The translations under genes were made by a program, and so were the position numbers. 64,000 nucleotides of DNA, from positions 1,120,001 through 1,184,000 of the forward strand of contig CAVQXP010000004.1 of NCBI GenBank assembly GCA_963717935.1, in the 5' to 3' direction. The first letter of the stretch is position 1. Every line of letters begins with the position of its first letter. The notes below the pieces were generated by a model. It did no database searches. It had not been told where the DNA came from and was given only the letters and a program-made list of their open reading frames with translations. This DNA is from Candidatus Eiseniibacteriota bacterium (GTDB taxonomy: Bacteria > Eisenbacteria > RBG-16-71-46). Below, piece by piece: positions 1-10,084 of this stretch.

Positions 1-1011
1 GGCCATGGCCTCCAGGGCCATGAGCCCGAACGACTCGGCGAGCGATGGCATGACGAAGACATCGGCGGCCGACAGCGCCTCAGCCATGCGGTGCTCGTCC
101 TCGAGCCAGCCCAACTCGACGATCCGGTAGCGGTCCTGGAGTTCCGTCAGTTGTCCCCTGTCATCGAAGACCAGGAGGTGCGTCGCGGCCCCGGGCCTCA
201 GGCGGTGCAGAGCCTCCACGAGCCAGGGAATGCCCTTCGCCCGGCGGTGCTTCGCGCCGCAGGGCATGCGAAACGCGATGACCTTCGCCTCCGGCGGGAT
301 GCCGAGGCGGCTGCGGCAGGCGTCGCGGTCCCGCCGCCGCCACACTTCGAGGTCGAGCCCGAAGGGGATGACGTGGCAGGGGTGGCTGGAGAGCAGCGGG
401 CTCGCCTCCACCCGGCTCTTCATCCAGCGCGAGGCGACGACCAGCGTGAAGGGCGAGCGGTGGTACATCTGGCGCTTCACCTTCCAGACCAGTGCGGTCG
501 CATCGGACCAGACGGTGAAGTCCCGCCGGAGGTCGGGGCATTCGCCGCACCCAATCTGCCAGCGCGTGCAGTCGAGCGGATGGACGCAGTGGCCCGTCAG
601 GGCCCAGGGATCGTGCAGCGTCCACACGGTCGGGCGGCGGCGTGCCAGGAACGGCATCAGCGGCAGGCTCACGTAGTGAGGATAGATGAGGTGCCAGTGC
701 ACGACGTCGGCGTCGCGGAAGCATCGGCGCAAGGGGACCGTCAACGCCATCGGGGACAGGAGCCCCTGCAGGCTCGAGACGCGCTCGGCCGCGTACAGGC
801 CCCCGCCGAACCATCCGCCGACCCGGGAGTGTCCGTGGACCCGCGCGTCGTCCGATCGCTTGTAGACCACGAGCATGCGGGAGTCCCGGCCGCGCGCGTG
901 GAGCGACTGGTGCAGTTGGTAGCCGTTGAACCGCTGGCCGACGAGGTCGCGCAGAGTCACCTGGAGGATGCTGGGGGACGTCGGTGGGCGACCTGCGGGA
1001 TCCGGCGTCAT
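1..1011 (-). CDS. Glycosyltransferase family 4 (WcaC-like), partial, runs off the window start
   Basis: Manual translation from ATG at 1011: MTPDPAG...VWTLHDPWALTGHCVHPLDCTRW...DVFVMPSLAESFGLMALEAMA; GT-B E-x7-E motif; absent from the ORF track because there is no stop in the window. Confidence 0.9.
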   Translation of the reverse strand, partial: MTPDPAGRPPTSPSILQVTLRDLVGQRFNGYQLHQSLHARGRDSRMLVVYKRSDDARVHGHSRVGGWFGGGLYAAERVSSLQGLLSPMALTVPLRRCFRDADVVHWHLIYPHYVSLPLMPFLARRRPTVWTLHDPWALTGHCVHPLDCTRWQIGCGECPDLRRDFTVWSDATALVWKVKRQMYHRSPFTLVVASRWMKSRVEASPLLSSHPCHVIPFGLDLEVWRRRDRDACRSRLGIPPEAKVIAFRMPCGAKHRRAKGIPWLVEALHRLRPGAATHLLVFDDRGQLTELQDRYRIVELGWLEDEHRMAEALSAADVFVMPSLAESFGLMALEAMA

Positions 1012-1311
1012 GCGGGCGATGCCTCCGTGACCCCACCGCACGTTCCGGGAGTCCCCCGGACCGGGATTCAGGGGGTGGGCTGCGGCTCGGGGGCTGGTCC
1101 TCGCTGTTGGTGGGCTGGGCGAGACAGGCCGCGAGCGTTGCTGCCGGGGCACCTTAGCATGGGGTCCGCCGCCCCGCATCCCGTCGGTGTCCGTGAATTG
1201 ACCGACCCGGGGCGGAACGCCTACCCTGTGCCGCTTGAATCAGTTGCAGAGTGCCGTCCACCGGATCCGCGCACGAGGCCTGCGTCTGCACGACACCGAA
1301 AGGACCCCGTC

Positions 1312-2670
1312 TTGTACTCCATCACCGTGGTAGGCACAGGCTACGTCGGGCTCGTGTCCGGTGCGTGCCTGGCGGACTTCGGCAATCGCGTCACCTGCGT
1401 GGACGCCGACGCCGCCAAGATCGGGCGTTTGCGCGCCCTCGAGATGCCCTTCTTCGAGCCCGGCCTGCCCGAGTTGGTCGCACGTAACGTGCAAGAGGGC
1501 CGGCTCCGGTTCGAGAGCGACCTGGTCGCGGCCCTCAAGGGCTCCCAGGTCGTCTTCATCACCGTGGGCACGCCGCCCCGGCCCGATGGCAGCGCGGACA
1601 CGCGCGCCATCTACGACGTGGCGAAGACGGTGGCGCGGCACCTCGACGGCTACAAGCTCGTGGTGCAGAAGAGCACGGCCCCGGTGGGCACGGCCCGCGC
1701 TCTCTACGCCTTCATCGCCAGACACGCGAAGCGCGGTGCCAGCTTCGACGTCGCCTCGAACCCGGAGTTCCTGCGCGAGGGCTCGGCCATCGAGACCTTC
1801 ATGCGGCCCGACCGGGTGGTGATCGGCGCCGAGTCGAAGCGCGCGGCCGACATCCTCCGGAAGATCCACGCTCCGCTCTTCCTGCTCGAGACTCCCATGG
1901 TCGTCACGACCCTGGAGAGCGCCGAACTCATCAAGTACGCCTCGAACTGCTTCCTCGCGGCGAAGATCTCCTTCATCAACGAGATCGCCAACCTCTGCGA
2001 AGTGCTTGGCGCCGACGTGCAGGCGGTGTCGAAGGGGCTCGGCATGGACCGCCGCATCGGCTCGAAGTTCCTGCACGCGGGCCCCGGCTACGGCGGCGCG
2101 TGCTTCCCCAAGGACACGCTTGCGCTCTCGGCCATGGCGCGCGAGGCGGGGATCCCGAGCGGGCTGGTGGACGCGACCATCGCGGCGAACGACCACCAGA
2201 TGCGGCACATGGTCGAGAAGATCGTGCGGGGCCTCGGCCGTCCGGCGCGCGGCAGCGTGGTGGCGGTGCTCGGGCTCTCGTTCAAGCCCAACACCGACGA
2301 CCTGCGTGAGGCTCCGGCGCTCGAGATCGTCGCCGGGCTCAAGCGGCGCGGCGTCAAGGTGCGGGCCTACGACCCGGTGGCGATGCCGGGCGCCACGACG
2401 CTGCCGCAGATGAAGGGCGTGACCCTGACGAAGGACGCCTACGACTGCGCGCGCGGGGCCGATGCGGTGGCCATCGTCACGGAGTGGAACGAGTTCCGGA
2501 ACCTGAACCTCGCCCGTCTCAAGCGCCTGCTGCGACGGCCCGTGCTGTGCGACCTGCGCAACATCTACGTGCCCGCCGAAGTCGAGTCCGCGGGATTCCG
2601 GCACATCGGCGTCGGCCGCGGGCGCGCATCCACGTCGGCCGCGGTGCGGCCGCGCCGGAGGAAGGCATGA
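1312..2670 (+). CDS. ugd: UDP-glucose/GDP-mannose dehydrogenase family protein (UDP-glucose 6-dehydrogenase)
   Basis: GTGYVG Rossmann motif, NPEFLREG, GYGGACFPKD catalytic Cys; TTG start at 1312 after GAAAGGA RBS. Confidence 0.93.
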   Translation: MYSITVVGTGYVGLVSGACLADFGNRVTCVDADAAKIGRLRALEMPFFEPGLPELVARNVQEGRLRFESDLVAALKGSQVVFITVGTPPRPDGSADTRAIYDVAKTVARHLDGYKLVVQKSTAPVGTARALYAFIARHAKRGASFDVASNPEFLREGSAIETFMRPDRVVIGAESKRAADILRKIHAPLFLLETPMVVTTLESAELIKYASNCFLAAKISFINEIANLCEVLGADVQAVSKGLGMDRRIGSKFLHAGPGYGGACFPKDTLALSAMAREAGIPSGLVDATIAANDHQMRHMVEKIVRGLGRPARGSVVAVLGLSFKPNTDDLREAPALEIVAGLKRRGVKVRAYDPVAMPGATTLPQMKGVTLTKDAYDCARGADAVAIVTEWNEFRNLNLARLKRLLRRPVLCDLRNIYVPAEVESAGFRHIGVGRGRASTSAAVRPRRRKA

Positions 2671-3122
2671 TCGAAGGCGTCAAGGTCAAGAAGCTCAAGG
2701 TCATCCCCGACGAGCGCGGCTTCCTGATGGAGATGCTGCGCGACGACGACGAGTTCTTCCAGCGCTTCGGCCAGGTCTACCTCTCGGTCATCTACCCCGG
2801 GGTGGTGAAGGGCTGGCACTATCACAAGAAGCAGACCGACCACTTCGTGATCGTGAAGGGCATGGCCAAGGTCGTGCTCTACGACGGGCGCGAGACGAGC
2901 AAGACCAGGGGCGAGGTCGACGAGTTCTTCATGGGCGAGCAGAACCCCATCCTGCTCGTCATCCCGCCCCTGGTGCTGCACGGCATGAAGGGCGCCGGCA
3001 CCGAGCCCGCCTACCTCGTCAACACTCCGACCGAGCACTACGTCTACGGCGAGCCCGACGAGCACCGCGTGGCGCCGCACAGCGGCGAGGTGCCCTACGA
3101 CTGGGACCGCAAGGATGGCTGA
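2667..3122 (+). CDS. rmlC: dTDP-4-dehydrorhamnose 3,5-epimerase family cupin
   Basis: MIEGVKVKKLKVIPDERGFLME, VVKGWHYH motif; ATGA overlap with ugd stop. Confidence 0.85.
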   Translation: MIEGVKVKKLKVIPDERGFLMEMLRDDDEFFQRFGQVYLSVIYPGVVKGWHYHKKQTDHFVIVKGMAKVVLYDGRETSKTRGEVDEFFMGEQNPILLVIPPLVLHGMKGAGTEPAYLVNTPTEHYVYGEPDEHRVAPHSGEVPYDWDRKDG

Positions 3123-4167
3123 GCCGGCGCGCCTCGATGGCAGCCGCGTGCTGGTGACGGGCGGGGCCGGCTTCATCGGCGCGAACTTCGTGCACCACTT
3201 CCTGCGCCGCTTCCCGGACGCGCACGTGGTGGTGCTCGACTCGCTGACCTACGCTGGCCGCCGCGAGAACCTCGACGGCATCCCGACGAAGTGCCTGACC
3301 TTCATGCACGGCGACATCCGCGATCCCTCCGCCGTGGCGCTGGCGATGGAGGGCTGTGACTACGTCCTCAACTTCGCCGCCGAGTCCCACGTGGACCGCT
3401 CGATCGAGGCGCCCGGCGACTTCATCCAGACCGACGTCTACGGCGTGTTCGTGCTCTGCGAAGAGGCCCGCCGCCAGGGGCTCGTGCGCTTCCTCCAGGT
3501 CTCGACCGACGAGGTCTACGGCGAGGTCCTGGAGGGTTCCGCGACCGAGGCCTGGCCGCTGATGCCGCGCAGTCCCTACGCCGCGAGCAAGGCGGGCGGC
3601 GACCGGCTGGCCTTCGCCTACTGGGCGACCTACGGGCTGCCGGTCGTGGTGACGCGCTGTACCAACAACTACGGGCCGCGCCAGTACCCGGAGAAGCTCG
3701 TGCCGTTGTTCGTCACGAACGCGATCGAGGGCCAGCCGCTGCCGGTCTACGGCACGGGCCTGAACCGGCGCGACTGGATCCACGTCGAGGACCACTGCTC
3801 GGCGCTCGTCACGCTGCTGGCGCAGCCCGGCATCGAGGGCGAGACCTTCAATATTGGCGCCGGGAACGAGCTGGACGTGCTCACCATCACGGGCACCATC
3901 CTGCGCCTGCTCGACAAGCCGGAGTCGCTGGTGCGCCACGTCGAGGACCGGCCGGGGCACGACCGCCGCTACGCGCTCGACTCCTCCCGGCTCGCGCGGC
4001 TCACGGGCTGGAAGCCGGCCATCGCCTTCGAGGACGGCATCCGGCAGACGGTGGAATGGTACCGCGCGAACGAAGCCTGGTGGCGCCCCATCAAGGAGGG
4101 CGAGTTCCGCGCCTACTACGAGCGCATGTACGGGCAGAGGCGGGTGCTGAAGGGGGTGCGGACGTGA
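3115..4167 (+). CDS. rmlB: dTDP-glucose 4,6-dehydratase
   Basis: VTGGAGFIG, NFAAESHVDRSI, STDEVYG, SPYAASK, DRPGHDRRY. Confidence 0.95.
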   Translation: MAEPARLDGSRVLVTGGAGFIGANFVHHFLRRFPDAHVVVLDSLTYAGRRENLDGIPTKCLTFMHGDIRDPSAVALAMEGCDYVLNFAAESHVDRSIEAPGDFIQTDVYGVFVLCEEARRQGLVRFLQVSTDEVYGEVLEGSATEAWPLMPRSPYAASKAGGDRLAFAYWATYGLPVVVTRCTNNYGPRQYPEKLVPLFVTNAIEGQPLPVYGTGLNRRDWIHVEDHCSALVTLLAQPGIEGETFNIGAGNELDVLTITGTILRLLDKPESLVRHVEDRPGHDRRYALDSSRLARLTGWKPAIAFEDGIRQTVEWYRANEAWWRPIKEGEFRAYYERMYGQRRVLKGVRT

Positions 4168-5834
4168 AGAAGCTCGCCGGGTTCGCCGCGGCGCTGCTGG
4201 TCGGCGCGTGGATTCTGTCGGTTGCGCCCGCGCGGGCGCAGGTGCCATCGGCCGCGGTGCCGGCCGACGAACGCGGCGTGCTGACGCTGCCGCGCCGGAC
4301 CAGCTCGTCCGAGGCTCTCACCATGCCGAGCGGCTCGTCCGCCACGGGCGCCGACGAGACCGCGGCAGGCGGGCTCTTCTTGCTGCGGGCGGGGTTGCCC
4401 GTGAGCCTGTCGGGGCCCGTGAACCCCGATGTCTACCTCCTCGGGCCGGGAGACGTGCTACTGCTCAACATCTGGGGGCGGGTCTCGCGCAGTGTGCCCA
4501 TCGAGGTGGGACCGGAGGGCAGCGTGCTCATCCCCGGGTCGGCCCCGATGTGCGTCTCGGGGCGCACCCTCAGCGAGGCGCGCGCCGACATCCTCCAGCG
4601 GATGAGCCTGCAGTATCGGGGGGTGAGCATGGACCTGCGCCTCGCCCGGCCGCGCACGTTCCGCATCTACCTCACCGGGCAGGTGCAACGCCCGGGTTCC
4701 GTGGAGGCCAACGGCATGCTGCGTGTCGGCGACGTCCTGACCGGAGCGCTGCTGCTCAACGGGGCGTCCCATCGCCGCATCGAGGTGTTGCGCGCCGACG
4801 GCACCCGGGTCTTCTGCGACCTGGAGCTCTTCCTCCAGACCGGTGACGCGGGGATGAACCCCTGGTTGCGCGACGGCGACGTCATCCAGGTCCCGAGCGC
4901 GACCGAGTTCGTCTACGCGCAGGGCGCGGTCGCGCGGCCGGGGCGCTACGAGCTGGGTGTCCGGGACAGCCTGCGGACGCTGCTGCGACTCTCGGGTGAC
5001 CCACTGCCCTCGGCCGTGGCGAACCGGGTGCTCATCGTGCGATTCAAGGACGCCTTCACGCCCGAATCGCTGTGGGTGAGCCTCGAGGATGTGTACTCGC
5101 GCCGGCAGAACCCTCCGCTCGAGGACGGCGAGCGGATGTACGTCTACTTCATCCCGCAGTACCATCAGCAACTCGAGGCCGTGATCCTCGGCGAGGTCCA
5201 GCGCCCCGGTACGTATCCCATCGTCGAGGGGCGTACGCGCCTGAGCGATCTGGTCTCCGCCGCGAACGGTTTCCAGGTCTCGGCCGACCTCTCGGCCATC
5301 CGCATCCACCGCCGGAGCGCGCTCGTGGCCGAGAAGGACCAGGAACTGGACCGCCTTCTCCGGCTGTCGCGCAACGATCTCACGGCCACCGAATACGAGA
5401 TGATGCGCACGAAGCTTGCCAGCCAGCGTGAGGACTACCGCGTGGACTGGGCGCGCCTGGAGGGCAGCAGGGATCTCGACCTGCTGTTGCGCGACGGGGA
5501 CAGCGTGCGCGTGGAGCGGCTGGTCTCCTCCATCCGCGTGGACGGAGAGGTGTGCCGGCCGGGGATCCTCAATTTCATGCGGGGGAAGAGCGTGGAGGAC
5601 TACGTCTTGCAGGCGGGCGGCTACAGCGACCGTGCCTGGCGGGGCAAGGTGCGCGTCACCCGCGCCGTGACCGGCCAGACCCTGCTCGCACGCAACGTGC
5701 GCACGCTCGACCCGGGGGACTTCGTCTGGGTGCCCGAGAAGTCCGATGTCACGGTGTGGCAGCAGAGCCGGGAGTTCCTGACCACCCTGGCCCAGGTTGC
5801 CACCGTCGTCATTGCCATCCGCAGCGTGCGGTAG
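4164..5834 (+). CDS. Polysaccharide export protein with multiple SLBB domains (Wza/KpsD-like)
   Basis: Signal peptide, YLLGPGDVLLLNIWG Poly_export motif, repeated GxVxRPG...L.DGD SLBB units, C-terminal amphipathic helix; GTG start overlaps rmlB stop. Confidence 0.85.
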   Translation: MKKLAGFAAALLVGAWILSVAPARAQVPSAAVPADERGVLTLPRRTSSSEALTMPSGSSATGADETAAGGLFLLRAGLPVSLSGPVNPDVYLLGPGDVLLLNIWGRVSRSVPIEVGPEGSVLIPGSAPMCVSGRTLSEARADILQRMSLQYRGVSMDLRLARPRTFRIYLTGQVQRPGSVEANGMLRVGDVLTGALLLNGASHRRIEVLRADGTRVFCDLELFLQTGDAGMNPWLRDGDVIQVPSATEFVYAQGAVARPGRYELGVRDSLRTLLRLSGDPLPSAVANRVLIVRFKDAFTPESLWVSLEDVYSRRQNPPLEDGERMYVYFIPQYHQQLEAVILGEVQRPGTYPIVEGRTRLSDLVSAANGFQVSADLSAIRIHRRSALVAEKDQELDRLLRLSRNDLTATEYEMMRTKLASQREDYRVDWARLEGSRDLDLLLRDGDSVRVERLVSSIRVDGEVCRPGILNFMRGKSVEDYVLQAGGYSDRAWRGKVRVTRAVTGQTLLARNVRTLDPGDFVWVPEKSDVTVWQQSREFLTTLAQVATVVIAIRSVR

Positions 5835-5849
5835 CGGGATCCGGCGGCC

Positions 5850-7370
5850 ATGCCGCGAGTTGACGCAGGGAGCCGGCGGCGCAACGTCGCGGCGAACCTG
5901 GCGGGACGCGCCTGGGGCGTCCTCTCGGTCTATCTCTTCCTCCCGTTGTATCTGCGATTCCTCGGCATCGAAGCGTACGGCGTAGTCGGCTTCTACGCCG
6001 TGTTGCAGGGTGTCATGATCATCGCCGACCTCGGGCTCACGGCGACCCTCAACCGCGAGATGGCCCGCCTGGTGGCGGCGGACGCGGATCCACATGACCT
6101 CCGCGACACGGTCCGCACCATCGAGACGCTTTACGGCGCGGCCAGCCTCGTGCTGGGCGTGGCGGTCGTGCTGGCGGCGCCGCTGATCGCCCACCGCTGG
6201 CTGGGCGCCCACCAACTCCACGCGTCGGAACTCGAGACCGCCGTGCGGCTGATGGGCCTGGCGCTGACGTTCCAGCTTCCGACCGGCCTCTACCAGGGCG
6301 GGCTCCTCGGCCTCGAGCGCCAGGTCCTGGCGAACGTGCTGCAGGTCGGCTGGGGGCTCCTGCGCAGCGCGGGGTCGGTCCTGGTGCTGTGGTTGGTGTC
6401 GCCGACCCTTGTGGCCTTCTTCTGGTGGAACCTGGCGGCGAACGCCGTCTACTTCTTCGCCGTGCGCGTCGCACTGTGGCGCTCGCTGCCCGATGCGCCG
6501 GGCTCGGCCCGCTGGCGGGTGGGGATCCTGCACGGCGTGTGGCGCTACGCGGGCGGGATGGCGCTCATGGCCCTGCTCTCGACCGTTCTCATCCAGATGG
6601 ACAAGCTCGTGGTGAGCCGGCTGTTGCCGCTCGAGGCATTCGGCTACTACGCCATCGCCTGGTCGCTCTCCCAGGGCGCGGTGGTGCTGGCCTCCCCGGT
6701 GGCCAACGCCATGTTCCCGCGGCTCACGGCGCTGGCGACGGTGCGCCGCGACGACCTGCTGCGACGCACGTACCATCTGGCGTGCCAGCTCGTCGCGGTG
6801 CTGGCGCTGCCGGTCGGGCTGACGCTCGCCGTGTTCGCCCGCGAAGTCCTGCTGGTGTGGACGGGCTCGCCGGCCGTGGCGGCGAATGCCTGGGCGGCGG
6901 GCACGCTCCTGACGGTGGGCTCCATGGCGCTGGCCGTTCAGATCGTGCCGTACAACCTCGCCCTGGCGCACGGCTGGGTGAAGCTCAACATCGGTCTCGC
7001 GCTGGCGTCCATGGTGGTCGCCCTGCCGGTGCTGATCCTGCTGGTGGGCCGTTACGGCCTGACGGGAGGGGCCATGGTGTGGCTGCTGATCAACGTCGTC
7101 TCCACCGTGCCCTTCATCTTCCTGCTGCACCGCCGCCTGCTGCCGGGGGCGACGCGCCGCTGGATCCTGGCCGACGTGGCGCGTCCGCTCGCGGCCGCGG
7201 CGGCCTGCGTGGCCGTCGCGCGCCTGCTGTACCCGGCCGCGCCCCCGCGCTGGCTGGGAGGCGCGCTGTTGGGCGCGACGGTGTGCGCCGCCATGGCGGG
7301 TGCCGCGCTCGCGTCCCCGGACGTGCTGCGCTACCTGAGATCCGGCGCCCTGGCGACGAAGGAGCCCTGA
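5850..7370 (+). CDS. wzx: Wzx-type oligosaccharide flippase
   Basis: Polytopic membrane protein, RFLGIEAYGVVGF, DLGL, QMDKLVVSRLLPLEAFGYY. Confidence 0.88.
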   Translation: MPRVDAGSRRRNVAANLAGRAWGVLSVYLFLPLYLRFLGIEAYGVVGFYAVLQGVMIIADLGLTATLNREMARLVAADADPHDLRDTVRTIETLYGAASLVLGVAVVLAAPLIAHRWLGAHQLHASELETAVRLMGLALTFQLPTGLYQGGLLGLERQVLANVLQVGWGLLRSAGSVLVLWLVSPTLVAFFWWNLAANAVYFFAVRVALWRSLPDAPGSARWRVGILHGVWRYAGGMALMALLSTVLIQMDKLVVSRLLPLEAFGYYAIAWSLSQGAVVLASPVANAMFPRLTALATVRRDDLLRRTYHLACQLVAVLALPVGLTLAVFAREVLLVWTGSPAVAANAWAAGTLLTVGSMALAVQIVPYNLALAHGWVKLNIGLALASMVVALPVLILLVGRYGLTGGAMVWLLINVVSTVPFIFLLHRRLLPGATRRWILADVARPLAAAAACVAVARLLYPAAPPRWLGGALLGATVCAAMAGAALASPDVLRYLRSGALATKEP

Positions 7371-7372
7371 CG

Positions 7373-8563
7373 GTGACCCTGTTATCCGTGGTCATCCCGA
7401 CGAAGAACCGGGCCGCGTACGCGACCCGGTGCCTGGCGACGCTCGCGCGGCTGCCGTCCGCCGACCTGGAGATCGTCGTGCAGGACAACAGTGCCGACGA
7501 CGCGCTGGGGCGCGCGCTGAGCGTCGCGGACGCAGACGCGCGCGTGCGCTACGAGTACATCGCCGCGCCGCTCTCGGTGGTGGAGAACTGCGACCGCGGC
7601 GTCGACCGGGCCCGCGGGGAGTACGTCACGTTGCTGGGCGATGACGACGGGGTCGCCCCTGGACTGCTGGAGGGGGCGCGCTGGGCCGCCGGACAGGGTC
7701 TGGATGCGCTGACGCCCGGGTGCCTGGCTTGGTATATGTGGCCGGACGTCCGTTTCAAGCACCACGGCAGTGGCTCCGCAGGGCGGTTGACGGTGCGTCC
7801 TTACACCGGCGGTTGCGTCGAGCGCGATGCGCGTGCCGGAGTGCGCCGGTCGGCCCACAACGCCTTCCAGGACCTCGTGCATTCGGTCGAGCTTCCGAAG
7901 CTCTACTATGGACTGGTGCGCTCGGCCTGTCTCGCGGCGCTGCACGCGGAGACCGGTACGTACTTCCCCGGCGTGAGCCCCGACATGGCAGTCGCCGTCG
8001 GCGTGAGCAAGTACGTGAAGCGCTTCATGTCCCTCGACTACCCGCTGTTCGTGCCGGGGAGCTCCGCGAGGAGCAATGCGGGGGCGCAGGCCGCGAAGCG
8101 TCATGTCGGGCGGCTCGAGGACCAGCCGCACCTGCCCCGCGACTGCGTGAGCACCTGGCCCATCGAAGTCCCGGCGGTGTTCGCCATCCAGACCGTCTGG
8201 GCGCAATCGGCGCTCAGCGCCCTGCGACGCACGGGACGGCCCGAGGAGATCGCCCACTTCGACATGGGACTCCTCCACGCGATGTGCGGGGTGCTGAACC
8301 AGGGGTACTGGGGGCCGACCCTGGACAACTACGGGCGCGCTCTACGGGCCACCGGCACGGGCCGCGTGCGGGGGGCCGCTGCACTGGGTTCCGGTGTGGC
8401 GCGCACCTGGGCGCTGCGCGCGCGCTGGTTCGTGGGCCGGCTCCTGCGGCGGCCGTGGTACGTGGGCGCCTGGCAGGAGAGCGGGCTGCCGGACATCGAC
8501 GCGGCGGTGGGCGCGCTGGAGGCGAGGCGCGACGCCGGCGTGCGGCCGCCCTGGGCCGCCTGA
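7373..8563 (+). CDS. Glycosyltransferase family 2
   Basis: LLSVVIPTKNR, VVQDNS, ARGEYVTLLGDDD (DxD) GT-A motifs. Confidence 0.88.
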   Translation: MTLLSVVIPTKNRAAYATRCLATLARLPSADLEIVVQDNSADDALGRALSVADADARVRYEYIAAPLSVVENCDRGVDRARGEYVTLLGDDDGVAPGLLEGARWAAGQGLDALTPGCLAWYMWPDVRFKHHGSGSAGRLTVRPYTGGCVERDARAGVRRSAHNAFQDLVHSVELPKLYYGLVRSACLAALHAETGTYFPGVSPDMAVAVGVSKYVKRFMSLDYPLFVPGSSARSNAGAQAAKRHVGRLEDQPHLPRDCVSTWPIEVPAVFAIQTVWAQSALSALRRTGRPEEIAHFDMGLLHAMCGVLNQGYWGPTLDNYGRALRATGTGRVRGAAALGSGVARTWALRARWFVGRLLRRPWYVGAWQESGLPDIDAAVGALEARRDAGVRPPWAA

Positions 8564-8637
8564 CGGGGGTTCGTCTGCCGTCGAATCGCCACCGGGGCGT
8601 GCTTCCGGCGCCCGCGGCTCTGGGGTAGTTTCCCCCC

Positions 8638-10038
8638 GTGCGTGCCCCCCACCGTCAGGTCCTCGCCAGCGCGGTCTTCGTGCTCGACGGCGCGATCATC
8701 GCCGCCTCGTGGCTCGGCTCCTACTGGCTGCGCTTCCACGCGCTGGGGATCCCGGCGCCGCTCGGGGTGCCGCCGCTCTCCTTCTACCTGTGGTTCGGCG
8801 CGGTGCTCACGCCCTTCGCGCTGCTGGTGCTGCGCACCTTCCGGATCTACCGCTCGGCGCGCACCGCGCGGCTCTCCCGGGAACTGTCGGCGCTGGTCCA
8901 GGGCATGGTCATCGTCACCGCCTTCGCGGCAGTGGCCTCGTTCTTCACCCGGGGCGAGTTGTCGCGCGCCACGCTGGTCCTCTTCGTGGTGCTCGCGACG
9001 ACGCTGCTCCTCGGCAGCCGGCTGGCCATCCGCGCGGCGCTGCGCTCCATGCGCCGGCACGGGCGCAACCTGCGCGGCACGCTGGTCGTGGGCACCGGCG
9101 AGCTGGCGGTCGCGCTGCTCGGGAAGATCCGCGAGCACCGCGACTTCGGTCTCTCCGTGCGGGGGTTCGTCGCGGCTGACGCGGCGCTCGTCGGCACGCA
9201 GATCGCGGGTCTGCCGGTGCTGGGCGCGGTGGGCGACCTGCCGGGCCTGGCCGAGCGCAGCGGAGCCGAACTCGTCTATCTGGCGCTGGCGCGTTCCGAA
9301 TACGAGGCCGAGCACGAGGCGCTCGAGCGTCTCGCCGACTCGACCGCGGCGGTGCGGCTGGTGCCGGACCTGGCGCGCGCGTTCACGCTGAACGCCAGCG
9401 TCGAGGACTTCGACGGCATGCCCGTGGTGCTGGTGACCGAGAGCCCGGGGCAGGGCTGGAACGCGGTCCTCAAGCGCGCCTTCGACCTGGTCCTCTCGGC
9501 GCCGGGACTGGTGGTCCTCTCGCCGGTGCTGGCGGCGCTCGCGCTCTGGGTCCGGCTCGACTCGCCGGGTCCGGCGCTCTACGCGCAGGAGCGCGTGGGC
9601 CTGAGCGGGAAGCGCTTCCGCATGCTCAAGTTCCGCACCATGCGCGTGGATGCCGAGGCCGGGGGCGAGCCCGGCTGGACGAAGCCGGGCGATCCGCGGC
9701 GCACGCGCGCGGGGCGCCTCCTGCGGCCGCTCTCGCTCGACGAGCTGCCGCAGCTCTGGAATGTGTTCCGCGGCGAGATGAGCCTGGTGGGGCCGCGCCC
9801 CGAGCGGCCGATGTACGTGGAGCAGTTCCGCGCCTCGGTGCCGCGCTACATGCTGCGCCACCACGTGAAGGCCGGCATCACCGGCTGGGCGCAGGTCCAC
9901 GGCCTGCGGGGTGACACGCCGCTCGACCGCCGCATCGAGTACGACCTCTACTACGTCCGGAACTGGTCGCTGGGCCTCGACCTGCGGATCCTGTTCCTGA
10001 CGCTGTGGCGGGTCTTCCGCGACGCCAGCGCGCACTAG
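8638..10038 (+). CDS. wcaJ: Undecaprenyl-phosphate glucose phosphotransferase (WcaJ-type initiating transferase)
   Basis: N-terminal TM helices, KRAFDL, KFRTM, SLDELPQLWNV, GEMSLVGPRPE, GITGWAQV. Confidence 0.9.
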   Translation: MRAPHRQVLASAVFVLDGAIIAASWLGSYWLRFHALGIPAPLGVPPLSFYLWFGAVLTPFALLVLRTFRIYRSARTARLSRELSALVQGMVIVTAFAAVASFFTRGELSRATLVLFVVLATTLLLGSRLAIRAALRSMRRHGRNLRGTLVVGTGELAVALLGKIREHRDFGLSVRGFVAADAALVGTQIAGLPVLGAVGDLPGLAERSGAELVYLALARSEYEAEHEALERLADSTAAVRLVPDLARAFTLNASVEDFDGMPVVLVTESPGQGWNAVLKRAFDLVLSAPGLVVLSPVLAALALWVRLDSPGPALYAQERVGLSGKRFRMLKFRTMRVDAEAGGEPGWTKPGDPRRTRAGRLLRPLSLDELPQLWNVFRGEMSLVGPRPERPMYVEQFRASVPRYMLRHHVKAGITGWAQVHGLRGDTPLDRRIEYDLYYVRNWSLGLDLRILFLTLWRVFRDASAH

Positions 10039-10084
10039 GAGCCTGCCGGGTGATGGCTCGGACGAGTCCCTGGCGGCGCGGCCT

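Noticed and set aside
1222..1248. Possible fourth ECF promoter (TGCAAC on the minus strand)
   Set aside because: The -10 position reads GGTA rather than CGT(C/A) and it is over 200 nt from the next start; not supported
91..1311. Long N-terminal extension of the 859-aa ugd ORF
   Set aside because: Overlaps the minus-strand glycosyltransferase; the real ugd start is TTG 1312 with an RBS
5826..5838. ops/JUMPstart-like GCGGTAGCG in the glycan locus
   Set aside because: Imperfect match that coincides with the SLBB gene stop codon; likely chance
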